In this document: positions 57,751 through 64,000 of the stretch, piece by piece
Layout of the letters: every line of letters begins with the position of its first letter
Numbering within the stretch: the first letter of the stretch is position 1
Origin: Bilabrum cf. latius
Lineage: Eukaryota
DNA: 64,000 nt
Direction of reading: 5' to 3'
NCBI GenBank assembly: GCA_965178125.1
Contig: OZ237772.1
Span: 310,001 to 374,000, forward strand
Program-made: the position numbers and the translations under genes
The notes under the pieces: model-generated
The model's database searches: none
Told to the model about the DNA's origin: nothing
Seen by the model: only the letters and a program-made list of their open reading frames with translations

Positions 57751-60700
57751 ATGTATGCTAGTGTCATTATATTATGCATCATTTGTTTTGCTGAGGTAGT
57801 CCTAGTCAGCTCGCACAAGCCGGTAACATTAGGGATGGCTCGATCAATGCCGCAAACTACCAAGTTTTGGTCTGACGCGCCCGGAGAAGCTACAAATGGC
57901 AGGAATCGCTGTAACTGTGAGAAGCGGTTAAACAAATGGTCGTGTATGTAAGTATTCATGCTCAGCAGTTCATCTGTGCTCTGTCACTGATGGCTTTCCT
58001 TGCAGCAACCTGGCTGCTTCAAGATGACCTGTCGGCGCTTGGGATCGCTCCCAATCACGCGAACCGAACCCGTAGGATATTGCAATACAATGATACGAAA
58101 TTAATGAAGTAGAGGTCAAGCTGTTTGCTGGTGGATCACCCATGGCGTGGTATACCAGACTCTCGGGTCCTGCAAGGCTGGCTGCCATTGTATTGGACGG
58201 CCAGTCCAAGACGATCGCCCAATCGCACAGAAGTTGCATCCCATAAACTTTCCTTTGCTGCAATGCCAACCGTGTCTGCGGCGTCATCGCCCTAGCGACC
58301 TATCGTATCTGCAAGATAGATCACGCAATGGCCGAGCATCGCTCCGCCGGTACGCGCGGCTGAGCCGTACACAATAGAGCACTGGGAGCTGTCAACCATG
58401 CCACGGGTGCAAGGATTATCATTACTTACCAACCAGATGCGACTGTGGTCTAGGAGCAACACAGGCACTCCTCCTGGCAGACCTGCCACTCTAGAGGAGG
58501 TTGGAGCTGCTGGTGTCACCGGCTATGTGCAGGCCTCCTCTCAATTGATGATATTGAGGAGGGGGGGCGCAACAATGAACGGGATATGTGCCTCGGTCTC
58601 GATCGTGGACTGCCCCCGCCGCACGTTTGACCTGGACTGCACCCCCATGGACGAGCCCATCCCCCTCAACGACACGTGCAGGCAGACGGTGCTGTGGCCC
58701 AAGACGTTCGGACGTGGTAGCAGTAGTACGCAGAGCCTTCCAAATAGAAGTACAAATGGGTCATGTCCCGCCCCAATCGTGCCTTTTGAAGGCAACATGG
58801 ACGGGTACACTGCATTGCCGCCTGGAAGCAGGGGGGACCCCCGAGGCTGGGTGCATTCCACTGCAACGTGTTCCCCCAGGACCATGGATGGGAGCACGCG
58901 CAACGGCCTCTCTGCAGTCGCAAGAACGGTCGTGTGGACGCAGTCAGTCACGACAATCTGGCCCCCTGGCACCGTTGCCGTGCTGCCCGTGGGCCCGAAT
59001 GCAACCGCTTCAGGGGATGTAGCTGACTACCCGTGGAGGGTAAATAGAGGACACGTTGTGATGACAGTCACGAATGTTCCATCCACTGCAATGTCTCCGA
59101 ACGAGACGATCTCATCGCAATACGGACCACCAAGCTAGTAGAATGGTAGGAGCTCCAGTCACTGGAGGCACAACGGAACTGCCAGCACGCCTGTGCTTGA
59201 TGATGTTGGCAAGCATAACGTGGATGTTGGCAAGCATAACGTGGATGTTGGCAAGCATAACGTGGATGTTGGCAAGCATAACGTGGATGTTGGCAAGCAT
59301 AACGTGGATGTTGGCAAGCATAACGTGGATGTTGGCAAGCATAACGTGGACCAGCGGACGGTATCGTATGCTGCCATGGCTTGCGGGCTGCCTATTTATT
59401 TCGTGCCAGCTGCACCAGATGCCCAGCTCGTGTTCCTTGATGACGCCTCCTGCATCGCCTCCAGGTCATGCAGGCCAGACGTGGGATCCTCCACCAATGC
59501 CAGCAGCCCACAGTACAGGAAGGCCGTGGATGACTACGTGACATCGGACATCGCTCAGCTGTTCCCAACGAGCATGGTAGGGTGCGCGTTATCATACGAT
59601 CTCGATCGGGATGATTACAACTCTGACTTGCTTCCGGTAGACATGCCGATCGCACAGAACGGGGCCGGTTTTTCCTTTGGCTCCGTGATGCACAGCTACT
59701 TGCCAAGCGATGGGTACCCATACACACCCGCAACTAAAGGCAGATGGATGCTTAATGCCACTTCAGGAACTACAATGGGCTTGCCTGGTCTCAAGAATGA
59801 GCCTGTAGTTCGAATTAGCAACCATAGGTCAACGAAGTCAATGGGGTCCTCGCAGACATATGTGCAACCATTGTTGCCTAAAGCCATGATCCACGGCCCA
59901 TATGCCGTGTACCGAGGACCCGTCCCGCACCGCATGCTGCCCCCATCGCCCAATGCCACCCTGCCTCCCATCAGCAGAGGACGGTGGGCATGCGCCCGCA
60001 CTGCCCCGCAAGGGTACTTCCAGGAGCGCCCCTACTGTCTGGCTATGTGCGACGACCCCAGCCACATCGCGGTGGATGTGGGCCTCGAGCGGGATGCGGG
60101 GCTGGCTGTGGCTGGTGTCGGGGCAGGGATGAAGGGTGCATCTCGAGATGGGTGGGCTCTGGTGGCGAGCCAGGCGCGTCACTGGTACTCGTACTGGCTT
60201 GGGTATCCTGGTCTGATGCAGGACGAGAGGCTGTACGGGAACGATCGGCTGGCGCAGGTGCCTGCTCTTGGGTCTGTGCATCCGGTGGTGAATGGATTGT
60301 CTAGCCCTGTGTATCGAAATCTCACTGCGCCGGACGGCAGCTCGATTGGATTGCCTAGTCCGCAGATGGCATGCATGCCTGACGACGACGATGTGTGGCA
60401 CCGGTCGTGGTCTCGATCGTCTCGATGGGCACAGCGCTTACCTGTGAGCAGGGGCTACGTTGAATTCAACCTGAGCTTTGATGCGGCTGCGTGGCCAGCT
60501 GCCGTGCCGCTAAGCACCCGGGGGGCAGCACCAGGTCTCAACTGGCCTGTCCCAACAGAGGCCCAGCTGGAGTGGCTAGAGGATGACATAGAAATGGATG
60601 TGGCTGACATGGTGACGGCAGAGGGTCGGGCGCCTGGCGCTTCTTGCGCTGCTAAGATTATCTAGGTCAAGACGGGAGCATCTATTCCCGCCACTGCGGG

Positions 60701-63425
60701 TTGCTCACCAGTGGACAAAGAAGAGGGTTTTTGTTAGTCGCTGCCCACAAGTGTATCCGTCCGACTGTCGTGTGACCCCCCTCCCTCGGTAGCTCAGACG
60801 CTCATGTTGCCACGTACGAGGCAGAGGGCCCTGACCGCAGGCAGCGTGCTGCAGCGAGTGGCGAGGAGGATCAGCGGAGGACCAGATGCCGGGCTGGCCG
60901 GAGTGTGGATGCTGGCCGCAGATCCTGAGTCCGTCCGGGTGTGCATCGAGCTGCCAAGGCTTGCAACGATACAGCGTGGGAACGGCGGCTTGTCAAGTGC
61001 ATTGCAGTGTGGTGCAGACCTTACGAGCTCTTAGCTCGTTGGTGCGTCTTTTCGATTGATCTCAGCGGTTGCCGTGTGTGCCATTCTGGCTATCCTGTTC
61101 GTCGGAATGATGGTCCTTTTATGCTGGTGCGATGATGGTGGTCGCAACTATCTGTCCGTTAGCCAGCCTGCGGTACTGTTGTGCATTCAATTAGTTTGGT
61201 GGTGTGCTGTGATTGCATTGGGCGAAGCTGGGCTGTATCGGCCTGCGGTAGCACTTGGAATCATGCTTGGTTTGACTGCAGTGGGCCGAGCAACCGCCGT
61301 GGTGTGCTTCGTGTATCCATTCTGTCCCTCGTGCAGCCAAAGCCAATGGCGAACGAGACAGCACTCAGCAGAAGATAGTAGTGTTGAGCTGTATCATATC
61401 AAGGAGGAGGACGACGAAGACTCAAGCGTGTTTGGCACCACGGATTTCAACTAGGACTGGCAATCACGGATGCGTGAGGCCAATCGATTGGGTGACGAGG
61501 CAGCACATGGCACGCTTCGCAAAAAAGCACTGGTACCTGTACCGCGAAGTGTCGTTGGCATCCCTTCTCCTCCAAGTGTTGCAGCACGCTATGACAAGCA
61601 AGCTGGCACTATGAACAGAATAGCCTTAGACTAGCAGCGGCCCTGCCTCTAGAGCTCGGGCCACAGCGACAATGGCACGATGAACAGAATAGCCTTAGAC
61701 TAGCAGCGGCCCTGCCTCTAGAGCTCGGGCCACAGCGACAACTGCCTCGACCTGCAACCGGGAAGACACGATAGCAATGATATATAGGAAGAGCATCAGC
61801 GACCCAGAGTCCTCAGTATGGACGAAGTCGGTTCATTGCGGCGCGGGCAGCTGGGTGCGCATGCAGTGCAGCCTCCCCCCTTACGGTCCATCGGTGGGAT
61901 GCGAGGACACGCTCTTATGGGTACTCGGCACCTGTCGAAGATGCTAACCATCCACAGTGATGAGACCTCCACCACTGATATAAGAACGGAATCAGGTGCT
62001 GGTACTGGGACCGACACAATCCCTGCACGGCCCATTGAGCAAGCGCGGCGTCACTCGAGACCAACAGATGCCCACAGAGAGCACGAGGCGAGCATGGAAA
62101 ACCATCCCGTAGTGATCGGATCCAGTGCTGACACGTCCAGCTAGTTCGAAACAGATGCAGCAGATGGGCGCATGGATTGGCCGCACGGTCCACGTCAGAC
62201 GATGCAGCCCAGTGCAGCTCACGAATCGTATCCATCGACCCGCTAGGAATCGCACCTGCATCTGGGACTGTAGTCGTCGTCACAGTCCAACTCCCGGGTG
62301 TCCCTGCCAACAAGGGGTGCTTCTGCTGGAGGCCCGCACTCAGTGCAAGGGGGCGACCTAGGGGCAAGCAGGGAATATCGGTCTAGGGGAGCCTCTTCTC
62401 CTACGGGGGTGCATGAGCTGACCGCGGAATCCAGTGTGGATTCAAACGCGGTCAATGAGCTTGCTTTGCGAGCGGACAACGATGCCCAGCCGAGGCCCGA
62501 GAGGCAATCAATTGCGGCCTTGTACGACCAGAGTTCAGCTCAGTACGGGGATGAAGATGCGAAGGGACGAACATGCACTCTCTTTGAAGCCCCTCATCTA
62601 GCTTGCCTTTCGTGCCAGTGTTGCGTGAGAGATGCACGGGATGCGTCTTGCACTCGAGATGCACCATACCTCTGCAGGCTGCTTCCGTGCCGCAATGCAG
62701 TGCAGCAGTCCTGGAGACTCCCTTGGCTCCCTCAAGTGGCACCATCCGCCCCTTACCCCCGCGCTGTCCACGGACTAGGGGCGGTGCTTGCTGTGCTGCA
62801 GTGGGATGCACTCGAGGGAACGATGTATGCGTATACCGCGTGGTAGCATGATGCCATGGGAGCGATGGATACTGCCCGGCATCACGAGTTGAGAAGTGCG
62901 CTGCTGGCAGCAGAAGTTGGCAACCGCAAGACTACGCTGGTGGGATCAGAGTTTGGCAACCGCAAGACCGCCTCTTTACCTTCTTCCGCTGCTCCATCGA
63001 GGAGCCCATCGGTCCTGTCTATAGAACCTACGGATCCACGTGGCATACACTTGGCATCCCGGTACCAGATCAACCGGCCCACGACGGCATGGGCCGACAC
63101 GAAGAAAAGCATGGATGTGTCACCCAACGCACCCAGCGCCGTGGACCAATCGAGCACAAAGGAGGGTCAAGGCAGTCGGTCTGCTGGGCCAGGGAACAGG
63201 GTAGGTCTGCTGTTCCGTCTGTTCGACGCAACGGCTGTGCTCGCGATCGTCACGTGGGCCGTTCTTTGTTCCCTGGGCCAGTGCCCCGTGGGTGCCTGCA
63301 TGCGTGACCCCGGCAGCGACCTCGCCCAGCTGCCCCCAGTGCTGCTGTTGTGGGATCGCGCGGCGGTGGCGGGGGTGGCGGTGGTGGCAAGTCTAGTTGG
63401 GAGTGTGGCTGTCCTGTACAGCTAA
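57751..63425 (+). CDS. Unrecognised large multi-pass membrane protein family, copy 4 (~1861 aa); join(57751..57916,58006..63425)
   Basis: Signal peptide MYASVIILCIICFAEVVLVSS, GTGAGA..GCAG intron 57917..58005, one frame with ~18 TAGs and a TAA stop. Confidence 0.8.
59202..59348 (+). repeat. 21-bp coding minisatellite x7 (DVGKHNV)
   Basis: GATGTTGGCAAGCATAACGTG is repeated 7 times in copy 4 only. Confidence 0.95.
61611..61741 (+). repeat. 69-bp-period tandem duplication (in frame, 23 codons)
   Basis: ATGAACAGAATAGCCTTAGACTAGCAGCGG...CACAGCGACAA at 61611 and 61680. Confidence 0.9.
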
Positions 63426-63634
63426 ATTGGGAATAAAGGTGGCTGTATTGCTAAGGAAAGGGACGAGTTTGGCATCGGCTGGCTTTGGGTCTACTTGTTA
63501 TGACAAGAGGAACAAGCATGATTGCCAGCCTGGCTGCCAAGAGTGCCCGCAGAGGATGGCACTCGTCACGAACTGTAACCAACCCGTCGGTGGATCAAAA
63601 CAAAGCCTATCTGGAATGGTCTGAGCTTTCTTGC

Positions 63635-64000
63635 ATGTTCTTTCTATCAACGATATTTGTTGTTATTATTGTCCATGCTTCTGGCGAAATAGGAGGTATT
63701 TTCAACAGCATACTGCACAATGCTCCACAGACTGCAGGCCTAGTTGCGAGCAACAGCACGTAGAATCATTTTCGCTGCAACGGTGAGCAACGTCATGCCT
63801 TCCGGCTTGTAGCAATAATTCAATTGTACGTATCTGCTCGCGTTGCGGATAAACTGTTCTTGTATCGCAGCAACTTGGCTAGCAAGTCCAGCAAGTGCAA
63901 GTCTTGGCGCAGGGCCTGGATATTTGCGTGCGCATCGAATCTTGGATTCGTCATTATAGAGACTTCGTAAAATAGCTGGTCAGTAGTCAGCGACGAATCA
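63635..64000 (+). CDS. Same membrane protein family, copy 5 (5' part; runs off window); join(63635..63782,63871..>64000)
   Basis: Signal peptide MFFLSTIFVVIIVHA, then ..RCN G|GTGAGC..GCAG|CA ACT TGG, the same phase-1 intron as the other copies. ATWLASPASASLGAG..HRIL resembles copy 1 ASWFLLPHPAQLGVG..HRIL. Confidence 0.7.

Noticed and set aside
57936-58005. Intronless start of copy 4 at ATG 57936
   Set aside because: An intron at 57917-58005 matches the position and phase in the other four copies and supplies a better signal-peptide exon.

Overview
This is gene-dense, GC-rich eukaryotic nuclear DNA from a flagellated protist. It has short GT-AG introns (mostly 83-106 bp), a BBS2 gene and Ala/Gly/Ser-inflated proteins. 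A Cafeteria-like stramenopile is my guess only. The main result is a non-standard nuclear genetic code in which UAG encodes glutamine while UAA and UGA remain stops. The fragmented ORF track collapses into about 21 genes once TAG is read through (roughly 100+ in-frame TAGs by hand count, no in-frame TAA/TGA). TAG aligns with Gln in paralogues and at a conserved Gln of RNA polymerase II subunit RPB3. Recognisable genes are FIT/Scs3-like, Yae1-like, QCR10-like, ER-type H6PD/G6PDH, Vms1/ANKZF1 (VLRF1), nicalin, an RCC1-like surface protein, BBS2, a BAR-DPF adaptor, an EEP nuclease/phosphatase, an EF-hand protein, RPB3, an ankyrin protein and an S49 peptidase. There are also five paralogues of an unrecognised ~1700-2200 aa multi-pass membrane protein with mosaic, gene-conversion-like blocks. 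Two short DNA words are strongly over-represented, almost all inside coding sequence: TGTGACGAGTG (18 exact copies, several frames, both strands) and the palindrome GGTTGCAACC (13 copies). All alignments and counts were done by eye, with no database searches.
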